A stretch of 64,000 nt of DNA from Octopus bimaculoides. Lineage: Eukaryota. The stretch covers positions 154,088,433-154,152,432 of the forward strand of contig NC_068982.1 of assembly GCF_001194135.2 (NCBI RefSeq). The letters run 5' to 3'. This document shows positions 38,601 to 52,130 of the stretch, one piece after another (position 1 is the stretch's first letter; each line of letters begins with the position of its first letter). Under the pieces are notes generated by a model, which did not search any database, was not told the DNA's origin, and saw only the letters and a program-made list of their open reading frames with translations. Both the position numbers and the translations under genes were made by a program.

Positions 38601-41600
38601 GAGAAGGCACCACATATGATACCAAAGCCAAGTCCAGATACTGGAATATATAAAAAAAACAGACTTAATATTGTAAACTAGTCAAAAATATAATTACTTC
38701 TAAAAATAACAAATAAGTGGTTATTAATGGTATGCAGGTTATTATACCTAAACTACTTTGTATTCATATCTCTATCCTCAATATACAGAACTCTGGCTAA
38801 CCATGTTCTCAGCTTCTTCCAGGATACCCCCATTTTTTCACTTTTTCCAAGTCTAGCTTTACTCATTCTATCATGCCAACCCCATGTTACCCACCAGCTG
38901 GCTGAGACACTGCTCCATCCAAAGATCCCTCCTAATATTAACTACTATAATCATCATTATTGTCCCCTCCTGGGACAACTGACAAATAACATGCACAAGT
39001 CTTAAGTATGTTATTTCTCATCACAAAAAAGGCTCCATTTACTAAACAACAAAAATATAAACATATTAACTTTGTCTAAGTTGTCATCATATTTTTCTAA
39101 TTGGACGCAAAAATAAATCGATATCATTTTCATTCTAAACTTACTGTAAATAAAAGAAGAAAAAAAAAAAAGCAAAATCATTTTCAGTCATATCCACTAA
39201 TAATCATATATAAGTACGATGGACTCTCGTCAATTTTGAAAAACAAGTGTTCCTGCTGTTTGCTCAATGAAATTATCAACTCTTTGTTTTATAGTTTAAG
39301 TAGCTGAGTATTCCACAGACATTTGTACATCTAAAGTAATCCTCAAACAGACTCACAACAATTCTCTTTTACAAAACTAATCCATCCATCCAGGCTAACA
39401 TAGTTTCTGTCAACCCAATTTCAGTTACTAGGTTTGGGTAATTCTGAAGCTGTGGTAGAAGAGACTTGCCAAAGGTGCCACACAGTTGGACTAAACTAGT
39501 AACCATGTAATTTCAAAGCAAACTTCTTAACCATACAGCCATATTATCATTACCATCACTTTTGTCCTATTCCTTTTATACTGGCATGAGTTGGATGGAT
39601 CTTTTCTGGCACTATGCCTCACCGTGTGTTGCAGTCCTCCGGTATCTCCTTTCAGGTGTACAGTTTTTTGAAGTCTGTAACAATCACTTTGCATTTCTTC
39701 CTCAGTTTTCCTCTTCTACAGGACTCTGTTACTCAGATTCCCAGATACTTCTTTACTCAACTATTACCTTCCTTGCTGTACACAATATCTGAGTCTTCTT
39801 ATACCTAGTTTTTCTCTGATCTGTATTCCTTCATTCATGCACACTTAACATCACACATTCAACAGAGCATGCTCACCTCATTCCTTTCCCAACTTCACAC
39901 AACCTCCACATTCAATGCCTATATTTGTAAGTAAAGGGCATCATACAATCTGTCCTTTATTTACAAAGAGAACTACTTTGTCGGTAATAACTTCCTGAAT
40001 TTTTTTCCATGCCATTTTCATTCTGGTTGCTATGCTTTTGGAACATGCCCCTCTCCTGCTAATTACATCACCTGGATAACAGACACTATCAATTACTTTT
40101 AGGGAACCTTCCAGGTATTTGAAAGAATTTATTTCACAAGTATTCTTCCTGCAAACTACTCTTGTGCATCTACCTATGATCTCACTATACATCTTGTGCT
40201 TTCATAGTTTAAATTTGACACATCACATGGAATTCTTACCAACTCCTTTTCTACATAATAAGTATGACCAAATTCCAAATAATAGTGGAGTCCTGTCTTC
40301 TTTCATGCTAATTAAAACTTTAGTCTTTCTTAAGTTTACTGTGAGACCTTCTGCTTTAAATTCCTTTTCTAAATCTTCAACCAATTCAGTTATTAGAATT
40401 ATATTATCAGCATACTAGAGTTCTCATAGAAAGTTAGTCTTGGAGAACTAAGACTAGTATATGTCCTGTTCACCAGATATTTTCAGCACCTCAGCAACAG
40501 TTCCTGGTGGCTCAGCTGATTCTCCTGCCTTCAAATCTTTAAATGCACTTTCAATCACATAACTGTTAACTTCAACAGATGGTCCCTATGTGGAGTCTGC
40601 TTGAGATGCCCCCACCATCCTCTCTCTTTTTATGTATTCTCCACATTCAGTAACCTCTCTTAGTAATATTTCCACATTCTCTTTCAAGCTTCAGTGACAG
40701 TAAGTGCACTGCTTTCATTCTATACACACATTTCTCCAACAGCATCTTGGTTCATGATGACACACTGCTGTACCTCACACTTCTGTTCCTTTCATTACAG
40801 AAATTGGAATACCTCTTACTTTAAGCTTCTCTCCATGCTTTGTATACCTGATACTGAGTGATCTGATATGTTCCTTACCATCTCTCTTTTCTTATAATTC
40901 TTCCAGTTCTGTCTCTTAGCTTTTATGGCTCTATTTACTGCACCATTCCACTACCATGTCACCTTCCAAGTAACTGAAATAGTCTGTGTCTTGCAGCAAG
41001 TTGACTCATAGGAACTCCAAATTCTCCAATTGACAGTTATATGTCAATATCTCAATCACCGTCTTGTTAGACACATCCACTGGTATCTCTTTGGACCTGT
41101 GTCTGGTTGAGGGATCTTTCAACTTACAAGCCTTCCTTTTCCAGGTTATTTTCTGCCCAAGAGTTTAGTTCTTCTGATGACATCACTACTCACTAGTCTA
41201 TGTTGAGTGGTACTTAGTATTCACAACCAACTGTCTGGCCCCCACATTTACCTAATTGGTAGGTAGGTGATCAATGGACTAGCTGGTTTCTTGAAATTAG
41301 TATTGTAAATGATAAGACCATTTGCATCACAGAACTCCAAGAGTCTTGACTTCTATCCAATCCTTGTACTATATCCATAGACTTTATGTAGATTTGTATC
41401 TTTCATGATGTTGTCCAACATGTCCATCCTAATCATCAACTAGAATCTGGAAATTGCAATCATTTGTAATCAAAATAATCAGCAAGATGACCTCATAGAA
41501 ATGGTGCTTTGGTTCATCTGTTAGGCCTCATTGTGATGCATATGCAGAGATCACTGTTGCTGCTATGTTGCCTAAGATTAGTCTAAGCTTATTTGTTCTA

Positions 41601-42880
41601 TCAGATACTCTACTTTAGTTACTTTATTTATGTATTTCTTAGCCAACAAAATTCCTATTCCACCCAGAAGAATTTGTGCCTGTGTTCCTGCTCATAAGGT
41701 ATCTGATGAAGGTTTCCCACCACATTATCTCTATATACAGCACACAGCTACTTACATCTACTCTAACATCTCTACAATCTCTCCACACCTACCTTTCACT
41801 GAACCGATGTTGATGGTAGCAGCACTGAAATTTTGCACCTGACCAGAAGGGGAAAGTTTCCAGTGGTGAGTGGATGGTTTGCTGTCCATTTTTTGGCATC
41901 TGAAAGGAGGAGAGTTGGTGCGATCGTTTGATGACAGTTGAGCTGTTCTTACAGATGACCTGACATTCCCACCACACCACCCCACTACCATACACAGCAC
42001 TAGCATAGTGAATATCTGTCTTATATACATAGGGGTTTTGTTTTCATTGTATTTGTGACTGTTATGATTTTAACAAAACTTTATTAAAGCCCTTCCTAAC
42101 ACCAACCACTGTCCAGCATGAACTGGTTGTATTTTAGTACATCCCCAGCATCAACAGTGTTGTTTGGTAGAACTAAGTGTCTCTTCTATGCTGTATGGAG
42201 GTCTCTATTCAGAATTTTGCTCTCTTAGGCATAACTTCCACTGCAACTTTCGGAGTCCACATCTCTTTTTTATTCAGAGTTACTCCTCTTGTAGATGGTT
42301 GTCAGTTCTGCAGCTTGTGGCAATCCATGTCTCCTCTAAACAAAATGTCATTTAGAACTACAGCTCTCATTGTAGATCACCTTCATAAGGCTGAGGAGTC
42401 ACATGCTCAAGTTTGGACCACACAAGGGATCATGTAAAAGTTCCTTCAATGCCATATGTAGTCAGAATAGTTAGAGTTAATGGAAATTGGTTATAATTGT
42501 TAAGATAGAGGATGAGGTCAGACAGGGCCACCAGCATGCTGGTTAGCAGACATATTTGCTAGGCAAGGTAGCACATCTAGTTTAAATAGATGAAAAAAAA
42601 AATATTGGCTCAACTTTATTTAATTTCATGTCTGTGTTCCTATCCAAAATAGTAACTGTGATACCATCATTATTCTAATGAGCTAAGCAGAGTATTTAAA
42701 GAGAGACAAAAACCAACAAACAGACAAAAAAGATTCATCTTTTTATACAACTTAAAGAAACACGCATAGCAAAAAAAACAGAGTAAATACAGAGTGAAAC
42801 ATCAGCTACAAATCAATAAATTTTACAATATGTATTGAACTTTTCTTTCTCCAATTTGTACGTCTAACACATACATACAT

Positions 42881-42924
<44 letters not shown>

Positions 42925-45900
42925 TATAAGGAGTTACGACGCAAAAACGTATAAATTCAAATGAACATATNNNNNNNNNNNNNNNNNNNNNNNNNNNNNN
43001 NNNNNNNNNNNNNNNNNNNNNNNNNNNNNNNNNNNNNNNNNNNNNNNNNNNNNNNNNNNNNNNNNNNNNNNNNNNNNNNNNNNNNNNNNNNNNNNNNNNN
43101 NNNNNNNNNNNNNNNNNNNNNNNNNNNNNNNNNNNNNNNNNNNNNNNNNNNNNNNNNNNNNNNNNNNNNNNNNNNNNNNNNNNNNNNNNNNNNNNNNNNN
43201 NNNNNNNNNNNNNNNNNNNNNNNNNNNNNNNNNNNNNNNNNNNNNNNNNNNNNNNNNNNNNNNNNNNNNNNNNNNNNNNNNNNNNNNNNNNNNNNNNNNN
43301 NNNNNNNNNNNNNNNNNNNNNNNNNNNNNNNNNNNNNNNNNNNNNNNNNNNNNNNNNNNNNNNNNNNNNNNNNNNNNNNNNNNNNNNNNNNNNNNNNNNN
43401 NNNNNNNNNNNNNNNNNNNNNNNNNNNNNNNNNNNNNNNNNNNNNNNNNNNNNNNNNNNNNNNNNNNNNNNNNNNNNNNNNNNNNNNNNNNNNNNNNNNN
43501 NNNNNNNNTATATATATGGCCTCATAGAGGGGATGACAGGGGACTGAGACTCCTGGCAGTTTGTTGCACTTAAGAAGAAATGTCAAGCTAAGCTAAAGCA
43601 TGATTGTCCTTGCATACAGGCATGTCCTCTGCATCCCTGTCCAGCTGAACATTCCTAATCTTGCGGGTTTGTAGGTGTTGGTGCCACCTAAAAAGGACCC
43701 ATACCGCTGCCACATAAACTCACCCGTTCTAGTGCTGCTTAAAAGTACCCAGAACTACCTGTAAAGTGGTTGGAGTTAGGAAGGGCATCCAACCGTTGAG
43801 ACCATGTCAGGATAGACCTGGAGCCTGGGCAGCTCTTCAGCTGGCCATCTCCAGTCAAACCGTCCAACCCATACCAGCATGGAAAACCGACATTGAATGA
43901 TGATTATATCATTATCATCATCATTATTTAATGTCCGTTGACCATGCTGGCAATGGTTGGACGGATTGACCAGAGCTGGCAAGCTGGGTGGGGTTGCACC
44001 AGACTCCAGTCTGATTTGGCATGGTTTCTATGGTTAGGTTCCCTTCCTAATGCCAACCACTTTACAGAGTGTCATAGGTGTTTTTACATGGTGCTGCATG
44101 GGTGCTTTTACATGGCACCATACAGGCGTTTTTACGGGGCACTGCCACAAGTGCTTTACATCACCAGCAGGATTGGTCTTAACACTTACTTTGCAGGGTA
44201 CAGGTCTTGTTGAGTATAGCCAGGCACCAGGTGTCTCAATCCTTTGTCATCTTGCCTGAAAGGTTCAGCTTCCTGAGGTCATTCTTCAGTACTGGGTCTC
44301 CCACTTCCACATGTTCCATCACACACACACACACAAACACACACAGGTGTACAATTATCTACAACACACACCCACACACATTCACAACAAACTACATGTA
44401 ACATGGTTCAATGCATGACCTCACAAGCAGTAAACCTAGAACATGAATCATTCTACAAATTAATCTCATACAGTATCTCACATAGTAATTTGTGATCAGT
44501 ATGTTTGCAATGTATTAGTAACTATTTAAATTTCATCTAAATATTGACTATTCTAATGTAAGATTATGTATCTATAACATGACAAAAAAGCAAAAAGGAT
44601 TAGTGCATTAGTAAACCAAACATCTTACCATATGCCATGATGCTTTTATTAGTGATATCTTTGGGTCGTATATTACCACTTCGACCTTGCTGACTGACTC
44701 GTTGAAGGCCTTCATCTGCTTTTCTGTTCAATGATAAATTTAAAACAAATCATAGAAAGGAAATATAACTGAACAACACACAGACTATTTTTCACTCCTT
44801 TTCTGTTTTTTTTAATGAAACTTTCATTCATTTTGTTTATTTTAGAAAGACAAATTTATATTTTTATACAACCTGATATTTTTTCATTGCTTAGTCAAGA
44901 GAAAGGAGCAGTATCAATGAGCATTGCAGACCTACTGAGATTTATGAAATTGATGTACATATTTGATGTTTATCTTGAACACTTATAAGCAGATATTTAA
45001 AACAACTTCCAAATTGGACATTAATTTATTTTGTGGTGGAAGTTTTTCTACAGTTAACGAATTTCAGTTGCGATTTTAAGTTGAATATGAAGACTTTAAA
45101 AGAGACAGTTTGGGAATACCCAGGTAGTATAAAAACAAGGACCAGTCAGCCTTGAACAGCTTCATATTAAAGTTAAATGAGTTTGCACAAGTTGGATTTT
45201 CATGCAAATTTAAATAGTTTGTTTGAAATGTCTGCTGTAGTATTGTTTTTGAAACAGTTTCCTATTCATAATACCAACTACTTCAATTAAAATGTAATGA
45301 GCTAACAATGTCACTCAACTAGTGAGGAATAGCAGCCAAATTCTACCATATTAAAGAAAAAAAAAGAGACATTGTTTTATGTAATTCTAAATACATTATG
45401 GTTGAAAAAAAAATAACATAAGGGTGGTCACATCAGGACAGTCTTTGATTATAATTCTATTCAATCAGAGATGGTTTAACCCTTTCACCTTCAGATTCCT
45501 CTATCAAATGTAATGCTTATTTATTCACATTGCTTTAAATCAATCATGCATTATCTTCAAGATTTTCCTAATGGGATTGCTAATTTTTAGAAAAACATTG
45601 TAGGGTAAGTGTGAGAGGCTGGATCTGGCCAGTTTGAATACTAAAGGGCTAGAGCGTTGTTGGCACTCTGTCACTTACGATGTCGAGGGTTCCAGTTGAT
45701 CCGATCAACGGAACAGCCTGCTCATGAAATTAACGTGCAAGTGGCTGAGCACTCCACAGACACGTGTACCCTTAACATAGTTCTCGGGGATATTCAGCAT
45801 GACACAGAGTGTGACAAGGCTGACCCTTTGAATTACAAGCACAACAGAAACAGGAAGTAAGAGTGAGAGAAAGTTGTGGTGAAAGAGTACAGCAGGGTTC

Positions 45901-47438
45901 GCCACCATCCCCTGCCGGAGCCTCATGGAGCTTTTAGGTGTTTTCACTCAATAAACACTCACAACGCCCGGTCTGGGAATCGAAACCGCGATCCTATGAC
46001 CGCGAGTCCGCTGCCCTAACCACTGGGCCATTGCGCCTCCACAAAGGGCTAGAGTATATCAACAACATCTGTTAAAATGTGAAAATAGTAGTCATTCTCA
46101 GTTAAGATCTCTGTCTTCATAAAACAAAGCAACTATCAAATTTTGAAACCCACCATTTAGGTTCAGTGGACTAAAACATTACCCATTCAAACATCATATC
46201 TTACAAATTGAAGAAAACAGTTCCTTACCGTAACATTTTATAGAAGAGATACCGAAAGAGTTCTTGGAATAGTACGGAAAAGACCAATCCAATTATTAAA
46301 GACTCTCGCAGTTTGTTGGCACCACTCATAATTTCTTTCGCCGCAAACCAAAGGATCGATGAAAATAGAAGTGAAAGCAGCCAGAAGAAGCCACTGTGGA
46401 GACAAACAGAAGAACTATATTATATTTTGTAAACAAACGATATAGAAAACTAATGACTGTCTAATGTAGAATTTAGACAAAATACTTTTACAACAGAACC
46501 AAATATTGAGTTTCCAACGAGCCTGTGTCTATTATATCACCATCATCATTATGCAGTCATTATCATCATCATAGACATACTTATTACTATCATAACCAAC
46601 ATCATAATTATCAATGTCCCAATCATCATTAACACCACCAGAAACAACAGCATCGTGTAGAGTCATTTTAAGCATCAAAAACACAGACACTGTTGTATAT
46701 TTACTTTATTTTGTAATATATATTATCATTAGAGTAATGACAGTCTTTTGTCAAAGATCTACTTCAATATAGTTCTTAAAAGTAAGTTGTAGACATGTTC
46801 TTACAGGCAGTTTAATATTTCCTTTATTGGTTAAGGTACACACATGTAGCAGAGGAAACAACGAATGTGTTATCTTTGTCCATCTCAATGGCAATAACAG
46901 AGAAATTTAATGAGTAATGATTAAGAATCAGAACCAGGCTAGACACTGAATCCATAAGGAAGTCCATTCTACAATGAATGTTTATGGTGAGAATTTCATA
47001 CAGAAGTATAAATTCCAGAAGAATGATCACAATAATATAATATAAACTAGGATGATGGCATAGCAGAATCAGTAAGAAGTTGGACAAAATGACTTGTAGT
47101 GTATAGTGTCTTTTACAATCTGAGTTCAAATCTAACTAAAGTCAACTTTAGATTTCATCCCTCCAGGGTCAATAAAATAAAGTATCAGTCAAGTACAGAT
47201 GATAGGGGATGTGATATAATTACACTGGTGCCCTTTCTGACAAAATATGCCTAGCCTTATACCAATATTAGAAATCAATGTTATACCAAAAAATTGTATA
47301 AATGAGGTAAGAAGGATTCACTCACCTAGCAATCAAAACAATAACCCTTAAGGGATCAGGGGCAATTGTAAAGATAAACATTGCCAAAGGAGGTCCAAAA
47401 GCAATGAATGTGCAACCAAAGAATTCCATCATCGTCAT
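35455..47438 (-). CDS. APH1: Gamma-secretase subunit APH-1, 6 coding exons, 801 nt, 266 aa
   Basis: join(47438-47326, 46393-46229, 44723-44629, 38640-38518, 37499-37372, 35631-35455). All introns are GT-AG with phases 2,2,1,1,0 and the frame is open throughout. Hallmarks: FFGCTFIAFGP, FQELFRY, KADEGL, GxxxGxxxG (GLGFGIICG), GPGTVGIHGDS, LHTFWG, SHML. Confidence 0.97.
37372..37499 (-). CDS. APH1: APH-1 coding exon 5 (128 nt)
   Basis: AFLTLSFVFLHTFWGIICFFAWDKKKYIWVAVVILSHMLTSSM; acceptor gtttag, donor gtaagt. Confidence 0.97.
37737..37984. mobile_element. hAT-type MITE in APH-1 intron 4
   Basis: TIRs CAGTGGCTTTCAAC and CAGTGGTTTTTCAA (reverse complement); degenerate 8-bp TSD ctttagct / ctatagtt. 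Confidence 0.65.
38518..38640 (-). CDS. APH1: APH-1 coding exon 4 (123 nt)
   Basis: VSGLGFGIICGAFSLINVLADMAGPGTVGIHGDSPYFFLAS; acceptor ttccag, donor gtaaaa. Confidence 0.97.
39545..42030 (-). mobile_element. Degraded, internally deleted RTE-clade LINE (APE plus RT) in APH-1 intron 3
   Basis: The APE N-terminus reads TINIGSVKGRCGEIVEMLE. The RT reads YADNIILITELVEDLEK...GLTVNLRKTKV, then VIDSVCYPGDVISRRGACSKSIATRMKMAWKK. There are many stops. Confidence 0.8.
43759..44067. repeat. Tail-to-tail inverted pair of SINE/RTE-type 3' ends
   Basis: ctgtaaagtggttgg...ccagcatgg on the plus strand (43759-43905) and its diverged reverse complement (43925-44067). Confidence 0.8.
44629..44723 (-). CDS. 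APH1: APH-1 coding exon 3 (95 nt)
   Basis: KADEGLQRVSQQGRSGNIRPKDITNKSIMAY; acceptor gaacag, donor gtaaga. Confidence 0.95.
45480..45648. mobile_element. piggyBac-type MITE (TTAA|CCCTTT...AAAGGG)
   Basis: TTAA at 45476-45479 and CCCTTT/AAAGGG termini. The right TSD is degenerate (ctag). Confidence 0.55.
45655..46042 (-). mobile_element. Young full-length tRNA-derived SINE (family B), 12-bp TSD
   Basis: TSD aaagggctagag at 45643-45654 and 46043-46054. The head GTGGAGGCGCAATGGCCCAGTGGTTAGG...GGTTTCGATTCC has A and B boxes. Confidence 0.9.
46229..46393 (-). CDS. APH1: APH-1 coding exon 2 (165 nt)
   Basis: SGFFWLLSLLFSSILWF...FSVLFQELFRYLFYKMLR; acceptor ctccacag, donor gtaagg. Confidence 0.96.
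47052..47275 (+). mobile_element. Degenerate SINE family A in APH-1 intron 1
   Basis: ggcatagcagaatcagtaag...ctgagttcaaatc...aaagtcaacttt. Confidence 0.65.
47326..47438 (-). CDS. APH1: APH-1 coding exon 1 (113 nt)
   Basis: MTMMEFFGCTFIAFGPPLAMFIFTIAPDPLRVIVLIA; donor GTGAG at 47325. Confidence 0.97.
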
Positions 47439-48611
47439 TTTGGCAGATTTTGGTCTAGAGATCTGTAGAGAAAAGGTAGCTTTTTTTGCCAGTAGCAGCA
47501 ACACAGGAGTTTGAGTGTAGATTGACAATGGAGGCACAGGTGTGGGTTTCAGCAGGAACAGTTAGCTGTAATATAAAATTAAATAGAATGGGAAAGGTTT
47601 AAAACAGTGAATAGAGATGCAGAGGTATTAAGACATGAATGATGAACAAATAATGGTCAACTGACATTTGGAAGTACTAGACAAATGTGAAACAGATTTT
47701 GTTTCTAAATCACTGAATGAGAGGCCAAAAGAAAGGCAAGAAGGATTTATAATTTGGCCTCAGTTAACCTTAAACTGGTATCACCAACCAGATTTTGTAC
47801 ATAACAACCTAGTAAGGGAGCTCTGCTAGAAATAGTACCTAAATGACTCTCAAGTCACAGCCTGCTGTCTTTAAAAGACAAAAGAATAGAAACCAAGACG
47901 GAGAAAATAAGGAAGGTTACAGCCAGAATGCCTCTGGTTATATGTCTGCATGATCAGAGTTTACTTGGTGCTAAACAACAAGGACAACCAGACAAATTTT
48001 GCAATCAAGTAAATATATATAATCTCAAGAACTCAAGAAGAATTGTAAAAGATCTGTGTTAGCAGGAGGCAATACAATAAAAAACAAAAGAAAAAAAAGA
48101 GCAAAAATTATGTTAGTATGCCATGAGAAATGGATAGATTTGACATTTCATATAGAAAAGTCTTCATTAGAGAAGAATTCTCATATGGAGGGCATCTATT
48201 CAGAACATTACATATTTCTGTTTTCTCAGAGAACACTCACTAACAGTTTATACCTTTGCTTTTATAGTTAAGCAGTTGGTGGACTTGCTCTCTTATGAGG
48301 CTAACTCAGAAATTTCTATGTACCATATCTGATGGCATAAAAGACACAAAGGCATATTACATAATCCTAATTTCAGGAAAAAACGTTTTTTGTGCACATA
48401 GAAGACCCAGAGTAATTTTTTTGAGACATTTTGGTGGGGGGAAAAGTGCATCTTACATGTTATCAAATACAGTAAGTCATTCATCTTATTCAAGTCTCTC
48501 AAAGAATTCTCTTGTCTTTTGTTCTTGTATTTTTTTATTGCTTAAATTGATTATTAGCTTAAATTGATTACAAGACCTTCAAGACTGTCCTTTGAAAGGA
48601 AGATGAATGTA

Positions 48612-49458
48612 CAAGGTGGTATCTAAAGGTACTATACTAGTTATGTTTAATAAAAAAAATAACTCATTTCCTTAAGTTTTAACATTTATCTCCTTCAAAA
48701 TAGCCACCTTGTGCAGCAATACACCAGTTCCAGTGTTCCTGTCATGTTTGGAATCTGGCCAGGAATTCATTTTCCATAAGTTAGTCAAGGACCTTCTGCG
48801 ATTTGCTTTGAATCTTGACAACAGTGTTAAAATGGTGACCTTTGAGCTACATTTTCATCTTGGGGAAGTGATGGAAGTCCACAAGTGTTAAATCTGGCAA
48901 ATAGGGTAGGTGTGGAAGCAATACCATATTGTTTTTGGTGAGAAACTCACATATGAGAAAAGCTCGATGAAGAATCAGTCACTTTCGCTAGGTGTCCTTC
49001 TTCAAATGCTTCAAAATGTCACTGCTTGTCCTTTGATGATCCTCATGCACAACCTGATGAATTTTCTCCATATTTCTGGGTGTGACACTCATGGCAGGTC
49101 TTTCAGATCGCTCATAGTCTTCCAGAGACTTCTTCCACTTTTGAAGTGCCTGCACCACTTGAAACATTGTGTATGACCCATTGCCTCATCACCATAAGCT
49201 TGCCAAAACCTGCTCAATGTCTCTGTAGCAAACTCCCCAGGTTTAACGCAAAATTTCACATTGGTTCTTTGTTCCTATCTATGACAAAATCAGACTGCAG
49301 CATACACATGATCACAAAAAACACAAATTTCACAACTTGCAGAGTAAACACAGTGATGTCACTCAACACACTGCTAGCTCTCACTGTGCACACAACCCTG
49401 TGCTGCCATCTGTTGGTGCAGTACAGAACTAGTCCAGGAACTTGTTGATACCACCTTG
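48612..49458 (-). mobile_element. Internally deleted mariner, 847 bp, both TIRs and TA TSDs
   Basis: TA|CAAGGTGGTATC at both ends (TA at 48610-48611 and 49459-49460). Remnants read RTNVKFCVK...AYGDEAMG and WNWCIAAQGGYFEGD. Confidence 0.88.
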
Positions 49459-50539
49459 TATCCTCAAACTAGAGAACTGGCTCAAATTCTTGTCACAAAG
49501 TGAAACTCATTAAAAAACACCCGAGTCTATTCTTTTTATTTCGCTACTTATATCACAATTGTTGGACAGAAGTGTAATTCTTACAAGTTTTCAAAGGACT
49601 AAATCACCAGATTATTGTATTCAGGGAATATATATAACACAATATAGAACTAATATCACACATAGATCCACATACAGTTCCAAGAAAAGAAGGCATGCCT
49701 ACAGAACTGGAGCAAACAAAGAAACTCAGCCACTGTAAGTGTATCAGACACACACAGACACAACAACAACAACAACATTGCATCACACCACTTAAACTAT
49801 GCAAACGGAGAACAGTGAAAGTAAAACATAAAATACAGTCAACAAGGAATTTATTGGAAATATGTGGCAAAGTTAAAGAATATGAGTCATCTGCTATGGA
49901 ATATTGCTCACCATTAGGTGAGATCAGAAAATAGTGAATCATCATTAAACAAGATCATAAAATAGTGAATCACCAATAGATTAGACTGTGGAACAGAGAA
50001 TATGACAACGAATGCTATGAGGATTGATTGTAAGTTAATGAAAGTAATTCTACCTAACTGTCTGACCTGCAAGAAATAGCAGCCAAATTTTCATCATATC
50101 ACAACCTATATATAAAAGAAGAACATATTGGATAATATCATCTTAGATGCGTTGTACCTAGAAAGAACAAGCCACAATGGTCACAGGTGAAATGTCATTA
50201 ATCATAAATCCTGCTTGAAGCTAACTTGGGTTGAAATAATTATATGGATTGACTGACTGACAAATGCATGGCAATAGAAAAGTATATACAAACAGAAATG
50301 TATACATGTGTGTGTGAATACACATACACACACCCAGAAACTTGCCTATCTTCCCAACCAAAGGACAGTAACACAGCAATCACCATGATGGACTCGGCTG
50401 ATAACTGGATCAAGCCTACATGGCACAAATGAATTACTTGACCATTGGAATGCATCTCTTCCATGAAAAGCAAAAGAGCAGATATTCCAATTTAGTTAGA
50501 AGAAAACTTGAGTAATACATGACAGGCAAGCCGAAAAAC

Positions 50540-52130
50540 TGAATGTGATGTACATTTGCCACGTCTATCAAACTTTTCAGGAATAGTAACCATTCAGTTC
50601 ATTTCTAGGCAAGACTGGCCACTCTGTTCATAACCTCTCAATTCCTTTTCACCTTAAGGTCTTGGAATCAGAATCCAAACAACTTAACTGATCCATCATT
50701 CCAGCACTTCACAATACTTACCAGAATGATGGAGCAGTTTCTCAGCATGCCTCTCAGTTTGCTGAGCTGCAAACTCATCAACACCTGAGTAAAATTTAGC
50801 TCTTGTTACCAGCTAACATGCTTTTAGGATGGCGCTGACCACCTCAGCCACCATGGTGAACAACACTAGTAGAATGATAGGGCCATCTAGTTTGACCATC
50901 AAACAGATGCTGCTCAAAGTTCCACTTTTTGAAGGACTGAAACTGGGAAGAGCTGCTATGTAACAATGGTCAACCCTACTACAAACTTTTAAATTATCCA
51001 AACTAATCAAAACCTCACCAAAGCTAGGTTTGTTACCCACATTCTATATGACATATCATATGAGGTGGAGGGTACTGTAGATAGATCTGCTTCAGTTTCA
51101 ACTCCTGCAACCATATGCATGATGGTAAGCGCCAACTTCATTGCAAGCCCTTTGGTTAGAATCTTAACCCATTTGTTACCATATTTCTGTTGAGATGCTT
51201 TGTGTTTCTTCCAATTAATGTTAAATATAAAAAGAATTTAGTAAAATAACTTGGTTATCATTAAGATTTTAATTCACCAAACCTTTGTCACAATTTATGT
51301 TCCTAACATTAGCTTAATGAAAACAAGACATTTGTACTACAGAGCCAGAGGTAGTTTCAAGCAGGTTGGTATCAAAAGGGTTAAACTATGCCTTCAGCAG
51401 AGATATGGGCCAGAAATTATCAAACGTGTCCTCCTTTTTCACTTACTTTCCTAGGAATGCTACCACACCTCAGCTCACAGAACTGGGAACTCTCTCATTA
51501 TAGTGCAGATGTTAGTTTGGCATGTAAATGTAAAGTTTGTAGGGTAGAACATCCAAGACAGCTCACACAAACACTTACTGCTGATCATATCTCAGGTTCT
51601 GTTATCTGTTTTTTGCAGTGCTTCATGTTTTCTGCCAGGAGCTGCAGCAAACTATCAAAGTAGACTCTAAAGTCTGTTACTGTCTCTAGTCCACCAACAT
51701 CATCACTTGCATTGAACAGTTAAGCAAAGTGCCAATGGAATGCCTCAAACATCTGCCTGGAATTTCATAGAATGCACCCATCCTAATCCATCACGGACCA
51801 AATGGTGGCTTTCTTTCCATTTCAGGAGTCCACCACAAAAGCCCATTGAATGGCTTTGTTCTCTTGAGATTTCTAAGAAACACCTTAACTCTGACAGCAT
51901 AATTTTCATGCATCTTGTTGAAGAAATAATTAAGGGTCAAACTCACCACCTGCCTGTTAGTTGCTATGTCTTTGCTAATCTTCTAATGAGCTCATTAGTT
52001 CCCAACTCTTATCTACTTAACTCAATCATGGCTTCTTTGCTAAATTCTATCAATTCTCCTATTATCACCCACATCAGAACACCTTACCACTTGTTGCTCA
52101 CAATCATCCCCATCAACTGTTGCTTAATTA
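50540..52130 (-). mobile_element. Decayed Tx1/L1-like ORF2 (linker plus RT) fragment, interrupted by a MITE
   Basis: KQITEPEI, DNFWPISLL (NFRPISLL-like) and LISLDNLKVCSRVDHCY (LDQSKAFDRVDH-like). Boundaries are approximate. Confidence 0.6.
51168..51380. mobile_element. piggyBac-type MITE, 213 bp
   Basis: TTAA on both sides (51164-51167, 51381-51384); TIRs cccatttgttacca and cccttttgatacca (reverse complement). Confidence 0.8.
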
